A DNA stretch of 64,000 nt from contig CM075995.1 in NCBI GenBank assembly GCA_038087875.1, positions 7,318,001 through 7,382,000 of the forward strand, written 5' to 3'. The DNA comes from Malacoraja senta (taxonomy: Eukaryota). Positions 1 to 12,889 of this stretch are shown piece by piece (position 1 is the first letter of the stretch; each line of letters starts with the position of its first letter). The translations under genes were made by a program, and so were the position numbers. The notes beneath the pieces were generated by a model. It ran no database searches and had not been told where the DNA came from. It saw only the letters and a program-made list of their open reading frames with translations.

Positions 1-102
1 AGTCCTAGTATATGGGGATCGATCACTGGTCGGCGCGGACTCTGTTGGCCAAAAGGCCTGTTTCCAAGCTGTGTCTCTTAAAAACTAAAAAAAACTTTTG
101 TA

Positions 103-1690
103 CAGTGCCCTCCATAATGTTTGGGACAAAGACCCATCATTTATTTATTTGCCTCTGTACTCCACAATTTGAGATTTGTAATAGAAAAAAATCGCATGTG
201 GTTAAAGTGCACATTGTCAGATTTTAATAAAGGCCATTGTTATACATTTTGGTTTCACCATGTAGAAATTACAGCTGTGTTTATACATAGTCCCCCCCTA
301 TTTCAGGGCACCATAATGTTTGGGACACAGCAGTGTCATGTAAATGAAAGTAGTCATGTTTAGTATTTTGTTGCATATCCTTTGCATGCAATGACTACTT
401 GAAGTCTGCGATTCATGGACATCACCAGTTGCTGGGTGTCTTCTCTGGTGATGCTCTGCCAGGCCTGTATTGCAGCCATCTTTAGCTTATGCTTGTTTTG
501 GGGGCTAGTCCCCTTCAGTTTTCTCTTCAGCATATAAAAGGCATGCTCAATTGGGTTCAGATCGGGTGATTGACTTGGCCACAAGAATTGACCATTTTTT
601 GGCTTTGAAAAACTCCTTTGTTGCTTTAGCAGTATGTTTGGGATCATTGTCTTGCTGTAGAATGAACTGGAGCAGATAGGATGTGTCTATCCACTTCAGA
701 ATTCATTAAGCTACTATCATCAGCAGTTGTATCATCAATGAAGATAAGTGAGCCAGTACCTTCAGCAGCCATACATGCCCAGGCCATAACACCCCCACCA
801 CCGTGTTTCACAGATGTGGTGGTATGCTTTGGATCTGGGCAGTTTCCTTCTCTTCTCCATACTTTGTTCTTGCCATCACTCTGATATGTTAATCTTCGTC
901 TCATCTGTCCACAAGACCATTTTCAAGAATGTGGATGCTCTTTTAAGTACTTCTTAGCAAACTGTAACCTGGCCATCCTATTTTTGCAGCTAACCAGTGG
1001 TTTGCATCTTGCAGTGTAGCCTCTGTATTTCTGTTCATGAAGTCTTCTGCGGACAGTGGTCATTGACAAATACACACCTGACTCATGAAGAGTGTTTCTG
1101 ATCTGTCGGACAGGTGTTTGGGGATTTTTCTTTATTATAGAGATAATTCTTCTGTCATCAGCTGCGGAGGTCTTCCTTGGCCTGCCAGTCCCTTTGCGAT
1201 TAGTAAGCTCACCAGTGCTCTCTTTCTTCTTAATGATGTTCCAAACAGTTGATTTTGGTAAGCATAAGGTTTGGCTGATGTCTCTAACAGTTTTATTCTT
1301 GTTTCTCAGTCTCATAATAGCTTATTTGACTTTCATTGGCACAACTTTGGTCCTCGTGTTGATAAACAGCAATAAAAGTTTCCAAAGGTGATGGAAAGAC
1401 TGGAGGAAAGACTAGGTGCTGAGAGCTCTCTTATACCTGCATTAAGGAGGCAATTAAACACACCTGAGCAATTACAAACACCTGTGAAGCCATGTGTCCA
1501 AACATTATGGTGCCCTGAAATGGGGGGACTATATATAAACACAGCTGTAATTTCTACATGATGAAACCAAAATGTATAAAAATGGCCTTTAATAATATTT
1601 GACAATGTGCACTTTAACCACATGTGATTTTTTTATATTTAAAAATAAATAAATGACGTGTCTTTGTTCCAAACATTATGGAGGGCACTG
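103..1690 (-). mobile_element. Full-length Tc1/mariner DNA transposon (IR/DR type), decayed
   Basis: TA at 101-102 and 1691-1692. Ends CAGTGCCCTCCATAATGTTTGG...CCAAACATTATGGAGGGCACTG. Inverted repeats of ~225 bp with an inner copy of the terminal motif (~304-329 and ~1493-1517). Confidence 0.95.
360..1357 (-). pseudogene. Tc1 transposase pseudogene (frameshifts, in-frame stop, probable ACG in place of ATG)
   Basis: ORF pieces 923-1315 (HTH, GRPRKT), 644-904 (KHGGGGVMAWACM) and 360-647 (WPSQSPDLNPIEH) are typical Tc1 motifs in three separate ORFs. Confidence 0.93.
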
Positions 1691-1860
1691 TATATAACGG
1701 TAGATTTATTCAGGTCTGAGAGAGCACAGCATGGAAAGAGGTTGTGTCGTAGCATTTTGGTTTAACAACTACAATCTGTTCACCTACTTGGTGTAAAAAA
1801 ATCCATTTGACTATTTTGAAGAAGTTTAAAGAATTAACTCTGGTGCCTTGGTGAGTGTTT

Positions 1861-2031
1861 TGCCCCGGTCCCACTTTAGGAAACCTGAATGGAAACCTCT
1901 GGTGACCTTGCGCCCCACCCAAGGTTTCCATGAGTCGCCAGAGGTTTTGGTCACTCGCCTGGAAAGCCTCGACCGAAGCGTTAGCTGCATCTACTGACCA
2001 AAGACCTTACAGGATCTTTGCTACAGACCGC

Positions 2032-2087
<56 letters not shown>

Positions 2088-2672
2088 TCGCGAAGGTGGG
2101 GGCCAGGGACAGCGGAGGAGCCCTGTCTGCGTGATGAAGGGGAAGGTAAACGGCCGCTACAGAACACGGTAAGTCTTTAGAGAGTGTGGGAGGGAGGGAG
2201 AGAAGAGGAAAGAAGGGGAGAGAAGGACAGAGAAGGGGAGAGAGAAGGGGAGAGAAGGGGGGGGAGAAGGAGTGGAGACATTTTTAAGAAGTTTAATAAA
2301 GTTAGCGGGCATTTTACCTTCCGCCGTATCTTCTAGGTCCTGAAAACCAAAGATCCTACGGGATCTTTGCTGAAAACTCCAATGAGCCAATCAAAATGGC
2401 CGGTCAGCGAAGGAGATTGCCTTCGACTGCCTGTAAGTAAATAGCGACCCCACTCCACTGGCTTCGACCAAACGGCAACCTATTTTTAGTCGAGGCCGGT
2501 TTTGATTTTGTTGAAATAATCGCAGGAACATAGAAGAAGCCTCGACTACGCGGAAACCACTTTCGACCATTAGGGAGAGTGACCAAAACCTCCGGGAACC
2601 TCACGGAAACCTTGGGTGGGGCGCAAGGTCACCAGAGGTTTCCGTTCAGGTTTCCTAAGTGGGACAGGGGCA
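1861..2672. mobile_element. Non-autonomous DNA element (MITE) with long TIRs, PIF/Harbinger-like termini, internal (CA)n
   Basis: TGCCCCGGTCCCACTTTAGGAAACCTGAA... mirrored by ...TTCAGGTTTCCTAAGTGGGACAGGGGCA over ~70 bp. TSD unclear. Confidence 0.75.
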
Positions 2673-2917
2673 ATTTCTCTCCAGCAAAAGATCTGATCAT
2701 AATCTCATTGCTGTTTGTAGGAATTTGCTGTGTGCAGATTTGTTGCTGTGTTTCCTCCACATTACTCGTGAGTGCACATGAAGTGTTTAAGTACATGTCT
2801 TTTATCACATCCTGAGGTAAAAGTCAATCCGAGTATAAAGTGTTTTTCCTTTATTTGAAAAAATGCTTGACACAAACCTTCAGTTTGAGACTCCTTTTAG
2901 TTTAATATCCATCAGCA

Positions 2918-3213
2918 TTTAGTTTAGTTTAGAGAAAACAGCGCAGAAACAGGCCCTTCGGCCCTGAGTCCGCACCGACCAGCGATCCCCCCACACATTA
3001 ACACTATCCTATATACACTTGGGCCAATTTTACATTTATACCAAGCCAATTAACGTACAACCCTATACATCTTTGGAGTGTGGGAGGAAACTGAAGATCG
3101 TGGAGAAAACCCACGCAGGTCACGGGGAGAACGTACAAACTCCGCACAGACAGCACCCGTAGACAGGATCGAACCCGTGTCTCAGCAGCTCTACCCCCTG
3201 CGCCACCGTGCCG
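2918..3213 (-). mobile_element. HE1-like tRNA-derived V-SINE
   Basis: Reverse complement has a tRNA-like head (GGCACGGTGGCGCAG...GTTCGATCC), a V-domain-like core and a CR1-type tail ending (CTAAA)n. Confidence 0.8.
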
Positions 3214-3415
3214 TTTTTCCTTTAATTGAAAAAATACTTTTCACATACTTTACTTTTGAGACTCCTTTAAGTTTAATGTTGTCCATCAGCGTGTTTATTA
3301 ATATTGGTCCGTGAATTACTAGTATAGAATTTCTGAAAAGCTTTGCGAACCTTAAAAATCCAAAGTTTAGGCACCGTTCCCAGCTCTGAAATATGGTAAA
3401 GGAGTTCCCAAAACT

Positions 3416-3642
3416 GCGGTATGAACATTGACTTCTCCAATTTCAGGTAGTCCCTGCTTTCTCCCTCTTTCCCCTCCCCTTCCCAGCTCTCCCACAGCCC
3501 ACTGTCTTGGCCTCTTCCTTTCTTCTTCCCGCCCCCACCACCCCCACACCAGTCTGAAGAAGGGTCTCGACCCGAAAGGTCTCCTATTCCTTCGCTCCAT
3601 AGATGCTGCCTCACCCGCTGAGTTTCTCCAGCATTTTTCGTC
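3416..3642 (+). mobile_element. Penelope-like element 3' fragment
   Basis: Flanked by a 10-bp direct repeat TCCCAAAACT (3406-3415, 3643-3652). Same 3' sequence as the GIY-YIG-bearing copy at 7096. Contains CTGAAGA...GAAA. Confidence 0.8.
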
Positions 3643-4199
3643 TCCCAAAACTTAAGGTCATTTCAGATTTATAACCTCTGCACAGCTGGTTGCCTTGTGA
3701 AATCAGTAGTATTCACAGCAAGGATCAATGGTTTACTGAGTTTGATGTTTTGCAAGTGCCCACGAGGAAACCACTCATGATGCTATATTTATACGTTGTC
3801 GATGGTTTTCTGGCGTACGGCTTCTTCCAGGAATTGGCACATCACGCTGGAATCATTTTGATTCATTCTGTTTGGGATGTGTCCATGAAGCTTGCAGAGT
3901 GGGATCGGGGAAACAAATGCTGCACGCTCTCACTCAACCCCCCGCGCAGACTGCAGTTTGTGAGGGGCAAAACATGGTTTCAGAAAACGTAGTTCTAATT
4001 CCGTCCGAAGAAGGGTCTCGATCCGAAAAACGTCACCCATTCCGTCTAGCCAGAGATGCAGAGTGTCCCGCTGGGTTACTCCAGCAGTTTGTGTCTATAT
4101 TCAGCGTGGAAACAGGCCCTTCGGCCCGCCGAAATCCACGCCGACCAACAATAACCCCAAACACCCGTTCTATCCTCACACTAGGGACAATTTACAGAT

Positions 4200-5270
4200 G
4201 ACAATAGACAATAGGTGCAGGAGTAGGCCATTCGGCCCTTCGAGCCAGCACCGCCATTCAATGTGATCATGGCTGATCATCCCCAATCAGTACCCCGTTC
4301 CTGCCTTCTCCCCATATCCCCTGACTCCGCTATTTTTAAGAGCCCTATCTAGCTCTCTCTTGAAAGCATCCAGAGAACCTGCCTCCACCGCCCTCTGAGG
4401 CAGAGAATTCCACAGACTCACCACTCTCTGTGAGAAAAAGTGTTTCCTCGTCTCCGTTCTAAATGGCTTACTCCTTATTCTTAAACTGTGGCCCCTGGTT
4501 CTGGACTCCCCCAACATCGGGAACATGTTTCCTGCCTCTAGCGTGTCCAAACCCTTAATAATCTTATATGTTTCAATAAGATCCCCTCTCATCCTTCTAA
4601 ATTCCATAGTCTACAAGCCCAGCCGCTCCATTCTCTCAGCATATGACAGTCCCGCCATCCCGGGAATTAACCTTGTGAACCTACACTGCACTCCCTCAAC
4701 AGCAAGAATGTCCTTCCTCAAATTTGGAGACCAAAACTGCACACAATACTCCAGGTGTGGTCTCACTAGGGCCCTGTACAACTGCAGAATGACCTCTTTG
4801 CTCCTATACTCAACTCCTCTTGTTATGAAAGCCAACATGCCATTCGCTTTCTTCACTGCGTGCTGTACCTGCATGCTTACTTTCATTGACTGATGAACAA
4901 GGACCCCCAGATCCCGTTGTACCTCCCCTTTTCCCAACTTGACACCATTGAGATAATAATCTTCCTTCCTGTTTTTGTAGTAGATAAACCTCACGTAGTA
5001 GAGAACCTCACATTTATCCACATTAAACTGCGTCTGCCATGCATCTGCCCACTCACCCAACCTGTCCAAGTCACCCTGCATTCTCATAGCATCCTCCTCA
5101 CAGTTCACACTGCCACCCAGCTTTGTGTCATCTGAAAATTTGCTAATGTTACTTTGAATCCATTCATCTAAATCATTAATATATATTGTAAATAGCTGCG
5201 GCCCCAGCAAATAGCTGTGGTACAATTTACATTCATGATTTAGATGAAGGGATTAAAAGTAACATTAGCA
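4200..5270 (-). mobile_element. CR1 (HER1-like) LINE, 5'-truncated
   Basis: RT C-terminal motifs (GPQLFTIYINDLD, KFSDDTKL, RPHLEYCVQFWSP) and a (CTATTGT)n tail. Confidence 0.92.
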
Positions 5271-6257
5271 AATTTTGTGTACATCTTTACTTAATCTTTT
5301 TGGTAAAGATCATGAATTGACCCTAGTTTGTAGGATAGTGCCAGTGTTGATTGTGATCAATCAATGGTGATTGATGGTAGGCACGGACCAGGTGGGCTGA
5401 TGGGTCTGTTTCCACGCTGTATAGAGTCATACAGCGTGCAAACAGGTCCTTCGGCCCAACTTACTCATACTGACCAATATGCCCCATCTACACTAGTCCC
5501 ACCTGTCTGCGTTTGGCCCAAATCCTTCTTAACCTGCCCTATCTGCGGTGCTGGCTCGAAGGGCCGAATGGCCTCCTCCTGCACCTATTTTCTATGTCTA
5601 TCCATGTAGCTCTAAATAAACTCAAACTAAACACAATTTTTAGTTTTCTTCAAGCTTGTAGTGCATTACGGGCCATCTACCAGAACACATTCTTTAATGA
5701 AACAGAAAATGCTTGACGTTGTAATGGGAATGGAATGAGTTGTGAAATTATTTGGCTGAATGCCAATATGAGCAGACGATGGAAGGATTGCTTCTCAGAG
5801 GGGTGTTGTCAGGTCAACACACAGGGACATAGTTTAGGAAGGCATGAATCCAGTCACAGAAAACATCCATCTCTGTAAAGGGAATGAACTTGACTTCTCT
5901 AACTTCACGTAGCCCTTGCTTTCCCTCTCTCTCTCTCCCTCTCTCTCCATCCTCTTCCCCCTTCCCAGTTCTCCGACCAGTCTTACTGCCTCCGACTACA
6001 TTTTCTCTCTGTACCGCCCACTCCCCTGACATCAGTCTCAATCCGAAACGTCACCCATCCCTTCTCTCCAGAGATGCTGCCTGTCCCGCTGAGTTACTCC
6101 AGCATTTTGTGTCTACCTTCTATTTAAACCAGCATCTGCAGTTCTTTCTTACATATCTTTGATCGGACTTCACTGGACTTTATCTTGTGCTAAATGTTCT
6201 TCACGTTATCATGTACATTGTACACTTACAGCTTTAAGTCAGTCCATCTGAGAGTAA

Positions 6258-6561
6258 AACCCCTGTCCCACGGTACGAGTTCATTCCAAGAGTTCTCCCG
6301 AGTTTTCCCTAATTCGAACTCGGAGATTTACGATATTGGCCACTCGTCGGTACTCGGGGCTCTCGTGGACATTTTTCATCATGTTGAAAAATCTCCACGA
6401 GTCTTCCCGTGCTTACCTGCCGTTAGCGAGTCTTGCCGAGTACCTGCCGTTAGCGCTAAGAAACGTCCCCGAGCTCCGACGTACCCGCTACGTTCATTCT
6501 CCGTGCCGACTTTTAACTCGGGAGAGCTCTTGGAATGAACTCGCACCGTGGGACAGGCCTT
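6258..6561. mobile_element. PIF/Harbinger-like MITE, family A
   Basis: TAA TSD (6255-6257, 6562-6564). TIR CCTGTCCCACGGTACGAGTTCATTCCAAGAG. Homologous to 19094 and 38445. Confidence 0.85.
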
Positions 6562-7095
6562 TAAGGCTTTGCCTGACGATACTTCTGCAGACTGCATTGA
6601 TATATTTTCCAACATTACTATTCATAAGTTCATAAGTGATCGGAGCAGAATTAGGCCATTCGGCCCATAGAGTGTACTCCACCATTCAATCATCCTGCCT
6701 TCCCCCCATAACCCCTGACATTCGTACTAATCAAGAATCCTATAAATATCCCGTAAAAGCCTTAAAAATATCCATTGACGGTCACCACAGCCTTCTGTGG
6801 CAAAGAATTCCACAGATTCACCACCCTCTGACTAAAAAAATTCCTCCTCATCTACTTCCTGAAGGATTGTCCTTTAATTCTGAGGCTGTGATCTATTTTC
6901 ATAAAATCTCTCACGAGCGGAAACATCCTCTCCACATCCACTCTATCCAGGCCTTTCACTATTCTACTATTGTTGAACTATACAATAAACTTTAAATATT
7001 TTGCATGTAAAAGTCAAAACTCTTAGAAATGAGCAGTTTTGTGGATAGAGAGATGTAGAGTGGTTATTTCTGGGTAGTGACCTTTCATCAGAACC

Positions 7096-7552
7096 TCATC
7101 TATTGCATCTGCTGCTTTTGGTGTCAGTTGCTCTACATCGGTGAGACCAAGCGTAGGCTTGGCGATCCCTTCGCCCAACACCTCCGCTCAACAACTCCCC
7201 CTCCCATTACGAATCCGAACTTTCCGTCCTGGGCCTCCTCCAAGGCCAGAGTGATTCCCACTGCAAATTGGAGGAGCAGCATCTCATATTTCGCTTGGGC
7301 AGTTTTCACCCCAGCGGTATTGCCTTCTCAAATTGACTTCTCCAATTTCAGGTAGTCCCTGCTTTCTCCCGCCTTCCCCTCCCCTTCCCAGCTCTCCCAC
7401 AGCCCACTGTCTCCGCCTCTTCCTTTCTTCTTCCCGCCCCCCCCCCACCTCCACATCAGTCCGAAGAAGGGTCTCGACCTGAAATGTCACCCATTCCTTC
7501 GCTCCATAGATGCTGCCTCACCCTCTGAGTTTCTCCAGCATTTTTGTCTACT
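7096..7552 (+). mobile_element. Penelope-like retroelement fragment with GIY-YIG endonuclease remnant and pLTR-type 3' end
   Basis: Translation NLIYCICCFWCQLLYIGETKRRLGDPFAQHLRS (IY...YIGET.R...H). 13-bp direct repeat TTTCATCAGAACC at 7083-7095 and 7553-7565. Confidence 0.85.
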
Positions 7553-7701
7553 TTTCATCAGAACCAGGGTGGTTTAGAAATCAATAGGTTGTAAGATGTG
7601 GAGAAAGGGTGGAGTGGGCGGTGCGGGAGAAGGTAGAAAGACTGGGTGCGATAAGATGGAAAAGAAGCAAAGTGACAAATGGAGTAATAGTTCAAGGTCT
7701 A

Positions 7702-8230
7702 CAGAGTGTTGGAGTAACTCAGCGGGTCAGGCAGCATCTGTGGAGAACATGGATAGGTGACATTTCACAGAGTGCTGGAGTAACTCAGCGGGTCAGGCAG
7801 CATCTGTGGAGAACATGGATAGGTGACGTTTCACAGAGTGCTGGAGTAACTCAGCGGGTCAGGCAGCATCTCTGGAGAACATGAATAGATGACGTTTGGA
7901 TCGGGACCCTTCTTTGGGTCCTCCAGGGATACTGCCTGACCTGCTGAGTTACTCCAGCACTTTGTGGGGTAAAAATGTCACCTATCCATGTTCTTCGGAG
8001 GTGCTGCCTGACCCGCTGAGTTACTCCAGTACTTTGTGGGAAGAAGGGTCCTGACCCAAAATGTCGCCTATTCATGCTCTCCAGAAGTACCGCCTGCCCG
8101 CTGAATTACTCCAGCACTTTGTGGGAAAAATGTCACCTATCCATGTTTTTAAGAGGTTCTGCTTGACCCGCTGATTGACTCCAGCACTTTGTGTCCTTTT
8201 GGGTAAACAGGCATCTGCAGTTTCTTGTTT
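7702..8230. repeat. Tandem and inverted array of a ~66-bp Penelope-derived unit
   Basis: Three copies of CAGAGTGCTGGAGTAACTCAGCGGGTCAGGCAGCATCTGTGGAGAACATGGATAGGTGAC, then several copies in the opposite orientation. Confidence 0.85.
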
Positions 8231-8336
8231 CTAGTAATAGTCCATGGTAATTGATCTGCCATTGTTATGTGTACTTTCATATAAAATATTTTGTCTTTTA
8301 TTTGCTAAATGATTGTAAGGACGTTGAGAATCGCAG

Positions 8337-9045
8337 TCATACAGTGTGGAAACAGGCACTTTGGCCCAACTTGCTCACACCGACCAACATGTCCCATCTA
8401 TACTAGTCCCACCTGCCTGCATTTGGCCCAAATCCCACTAAACCTGTCCTATCCATGTACCTGTCTAATTGTTTCTTAAACGTTGCGCTAGTCCCTGCTT
8501 CAACTACCTCCTCTGGCAGCTCCTTCCATACATCCACCATCCTTTGTGTGAAAAAGTTACCCCTCAGATTCCCATTAAATCTTTTCCTCTTCATCGTAAA
8601 TCTATGTCCTCTCTTTAACGATTCCTCTACTCTTGGCAAGAGACTCTGTGCGTCTAACCGATCTGTTCCTCTCATGATATTATACTCTTCTGTAAGTTCA
8701 CCTCATCCTCCTGCACTCCAAGCAATAATGTCCCAGCCTGCTGAACATCTCCCTATAGCTCAGGCCCTCGAGTCCTGGCAACATCCTCCTAAATCTGTTT
8801 CCTTCACTCCATAGACGTTGCCTCACCCGCTGAGTTTCTCCAGCAGTTTTGTCTACCTTTGATTTTCCAGCATCCTCAGTTCCTTCTTAAACATCCTCGT
8901 AAATCTTCTCTGTACCATTTCCAACTTGACAACCTCTTTGCTATAACATGGTGCCCAGAACTGAACGCAATACTCTAAATGTGGCCACACCAACATCTTA
9001 TATAAGTGCAACATGACCTCCCAACTTCTAAACTCAATACTCTGG
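8337..9045 (-). mobile_element. CR1 LINE 3' fragment (second subfamily) with nested Penelope piece
   Basis: ORF 8403-8675 (RGHRF...LRGNFFTQR...WKELPEEVVEAG). Confidence 0.85.
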
Positions 9046-9502
9046 CTTGAGTCATTTGCGATTGAGTCATTGACTCATTTTCATTTCCAAGTATGAAATA
9101 GCCGGGAAAACCGGTCCAAAGTTGAAAACTATTATGAATACTTGATTGGAGGTCAAATTTTTCCACCAGGCAAGAAAAGTTGTGGCTGGTAGTGGTTGGC
9201 TTACAGATGCTGAAAGAATTGCTCTCAACTTGGTATTTAGTTTTCAAATGTTGGTACAAGATAAGCTAAAGGTCATGTTTTGCATTGGCTTAATTTCAAT
9301 CATAGCTGCTCACAGGCATTTTGTAACAATTGTCCTGCATTTGATAATACCTATCTTCTCCATTCATTAACTTTTCCATCCATTCTGTGGCTCTGCATGT
9401 CGCTCAGAACTATCCACTGGTCAGAACTGCTTGTGGCTGAATATCACTAGTTGGCCACGACCTTGGTCCATACCCTTTTTAGTTTAGAGATACAACGCAG
9501 AA

Positions 9503-9923
9503 GGCAGTGGGCAGGTGCTATAGATCTGCACGGGAAGGTAGACGCTCCCGCCCCCACGAGTCTCGGGCAGATGGGGCTCGTCAGCCTGGGAAGGCAGTCC
9601 ATCTAGGAGAGGGAAAACTCTGATTTAAAACCTCCACTGCCTTGTGGCTATATCCAGTTCTGGAAAAGGCTCCTGGAGTAAACCTCAAGAAAATCCGGAG
9701 TCGGAGCCCCGAAGGCAGTTCGTCGTTGTCTACAACCTCGCTCTGGCAGACTGTAACGGCCCTGCTGTTCCTTTGGATCGATTGGCGACGTGGAGAGGGG
9801 GGATGTGCTGCATGGGCAACAGCCTGTCCTCCATATGACATCGCCCAGGCTTGCATCTGACCACACATCACCTGCAAACTAGGATGCATCACCCATGGTC
9901 AGTCATGACCGAGGGGGGCCGAC
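9503..9923 (+). mobile_element. Short non-autonomous retroelement (RTE 5'UTR-like) inserted into an HE1 SINE
   Basis: Splits a minus-strand SINE. Degenerate duplication TACAACGCAGAA / TACAATGAGGAA. The motif GGCAGTCCATCTAGGAGAGGGAAAACTCTGA resembles RTE 5' regions (from recall, not searched). Confidence 0.5.
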
Positions 9924-10208
9924 TACAATGAGGAAACAGGGCCTTCGGCCTACCGCATCCGCACCGACCAGCGATCCCCGCACATTAACGCCATCCAACA
10001 TACACTAGGGACAATTTACACATACACCAAGCCAATTAACCTACATACCTGCACATCTTTGGAGTGTGGGAGGAAACCAAAGATCTCGGAGAAAACCCAC
10101 ACGGTCACAGGGAGAACGTACAAACTCCATACAGACAGCACCCGCAGTCGGGATCGAAGCCGGGTCTCTGGCGCTGTAAGCAACTCTACCACTGCGCCAC
10201 CGTGCCAC
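9924..10208 (-). mobile_element. HE1-like V-SINE (tail at ~9476-9502)
   Basis: tRNA-like head and V-domain-like core in the reverse complement. Confidence 0.8.
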
Positions 10209-11879
10209 CCACCCTCTGATTGTATTTGGTCTGAATTCTAGACAGGTACATGGATAGGACAGGCTTAGAGGGACTAAACTAAACACAGGCAGGTGGAACT
10301 ATTATAGATGGGACATGTTGGTCGTTATGGGCAAATTGGTCCGAAGCGCCTGTATGACTTTGTGACTATCAATAAATGTTTTAGGAAGATTTATTAAAAA
10401 TGCAGAGGGTGGTGAATCTGTGGAATTCATTGCCACAGAAGGCTGTGGAGGCCAGGTCAATGGATATTTTTAAGGCAGAGATAGATAGATTCTTGATTAG
10501 TACGGGTGTCAGGGGTTATGGGGAGAAGACAGGAGAATGGGGTTTTGGAGGGAGAGATAGATCAGCCATGATATTGGCCGAATGGCCTAATTCTGCTCCT
10601 ATGATTTATGAATATATGAATATGAAGGTGGAAATCTGAAATAGATACAGAAAATACTAGGTGTAATCAGCAGGTCAGGAAGCATCTGTTGAAAAAGAAC
10701 TACAGTGACTGTTTCATGTCAACAAAGCTTCAGAACTGGGAAGAAGGGAAATGAAGTTGATACCAAATCTCAGGAAGGGTGGGATAAGTGAGGGATGGGC
10801 TGGTTGTCTGTGTGAGAGTGGGCGACGGTTAGGGAGGGAGAATGTGGCCTTTTATTCGTACAAGCGTTGTAAAGAAGGCAGCCATTTTGTAATTAAAAAA
10901 AATATTATTATCAAAAATATTTATTCAAATATTAAAAATAATATATACAGTACAGTAAAAAAACAAAACAGAACCCCCCCCTCACCATAATACACGACAA
11001 ACGAAAAACTATTACACGACTATCTTACAATCCTTGTCAAGCGGTCCTGGAAATGCCCAGGTTGCCCAAGGACAACACGGCGCTGAACTTTAACACCGCG
11101 GAGCCTGGGATTTCTCGCTGAGATCGCCAGTGGTGGAGCTCCATCCAGCACGGCCTGTTGGTTTCGGAAGTCGCGGTCTCCGGTAAGGGAATGCCCTCTT
11201 CCGCATGGCATCCCAAGCCGCTGAGAGGACTCTCCCGACGTCGGAGCACCATCACCCGGCGAGAACGGCCTGGAACATCGGGCCGCCGTAGCAGCAACTG
11301 CGGAGGCCTCAATAGGCCCGACTATGGGTGGACAAGGGGATGGGGACTGGACTTTTTTAAAAATTGTTTAAAATTTTTTTTTTAATATAATATTATCGAT
11401 TGATATTAACTCTGCTTCTAGACTTTGTGCCTTCCCTCACAGTGGGAACCATTGTGGGGGGATGTTTTTTATGTTAAATTTCTTTATTATTGTTATGTTG
11501 CTTTCTTTTTTATGTGCTGCAATGGCATTACGCATTTCACTACACCAATTGGTGTATGTGACTAATAAAGAACCTTAGAACCTTAGTCCCTCTCTAACAC
11601 CACCCAGGCACGGATGTAACAACGGAAAAGGGGCAGGCAGCCGGCTCGGGCAGAGCCCTCTTCCGCATGGCACCGTGACTCTCGGATGGCCAGCTTGGCA
11701 AGAAGGCAGCCAATGAGTCATAAACCCATACAGCACAGACACGGGCTCTTCGGCCCAACTTGTCCGTACTGACCAAGACCCCCACCTAAGTGAGTCGCGT
11801 CAACCCGCGTTCCAATGGGTCTTTATTGTCGCGTGTGCACGGCACAGTGAGATCCTTTTAATAGAGCTTACACGTGGAC

Positions 11880-12486
11880 GAGCAAAGAGGTCCTTCTGCA
11901 GTTGTACAGGGCCCTAGTGAGACCACACCTGGAGTATTGTGTGCAGTTTTGGTCCCCTAATTTGAGGAAGGACATTCTTGCTATTGAGGGAGTGCAGCGT
12001 AGGTTTACAGGGTTAATTCCCGGGATGGCGGGACTGTCATATGCTGAGAGAATGGAGCAGCTGGGCTTGTACACTCTGGAGTTTAGAAGGATGAGAGGGT
12101 ATCTCATTGAAACATATAAGATTGTTAAGGGCTTGGACACGCTAGAGGCAGGAAACATGTTCCCGATGTTGGGGGAGTCCAGAACCAGGGGCCACAGTTT
12201 GAGAATAAGGAGTAAGCCATTTAGAACGGAGACGAGGAAACACTTTTTCTCACAGAGAGTGGTGAGTCTGTGGAATTCTCTGCCTCAGAGGGCGGTGGAG
12301 GCAGGTTCTCTGGATGCTTTCAAGAGAGAGCTAGATAGGGCTCTCAAAAATAGCGGAGTCGGGATATGGGGAGAAGGCAGGAACGGGGTACTGATTGGGG
12401 ATGATCAGCCATGATCACATTGAATGGTGGTGCTGGTTCGAAGGGCCAAATGGCCTACTCCTGCACCTATTGTCTATTGTCTATTG
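11880..12486 (+). mobile_element. CR1 LINE 3' fragment, young
   Basis: ORF 11902-12414 (YRALVRPHLEYCVQFWSP...RGHSLRI) and CTATTGT tail. Confidence 0.92.
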
Positions 12487-12889
12487 CCATCTTTCGGCGT
12501 TTACACAGAGAAACAGCCCAAGGTCCGGTCCACGTGCTGGATGTACTGCAGCGGCTCCCGAACCAGGCGAGCCCCAGGCTGCTGCAGGGCCTTCCTCTGT
12601 CGCCCGCCGACCCACGTCCCCCTCCTCTCATCGACCGCCCGATTGTCTCAACTCTTGAGTATCTCTCATTCTTCCTGCAAGCAATATAAATACAGTTTCC
12701 AAAGTAGTGAGACAATGCAAGTTCAAGTGGCTGTACAGTAGACAAGGTGAAAGGATTCTGTTTCTACTTTTTAATTAAAATTCTGGATGATCTTGGTACC
12801 TTTCCAAGCATAAATAGTTAGACGGCAGCCCTCAAAGTATGTGAAAAATTGGATGGAATTCATATTTGACATTGCCAGATGTTAACTTT

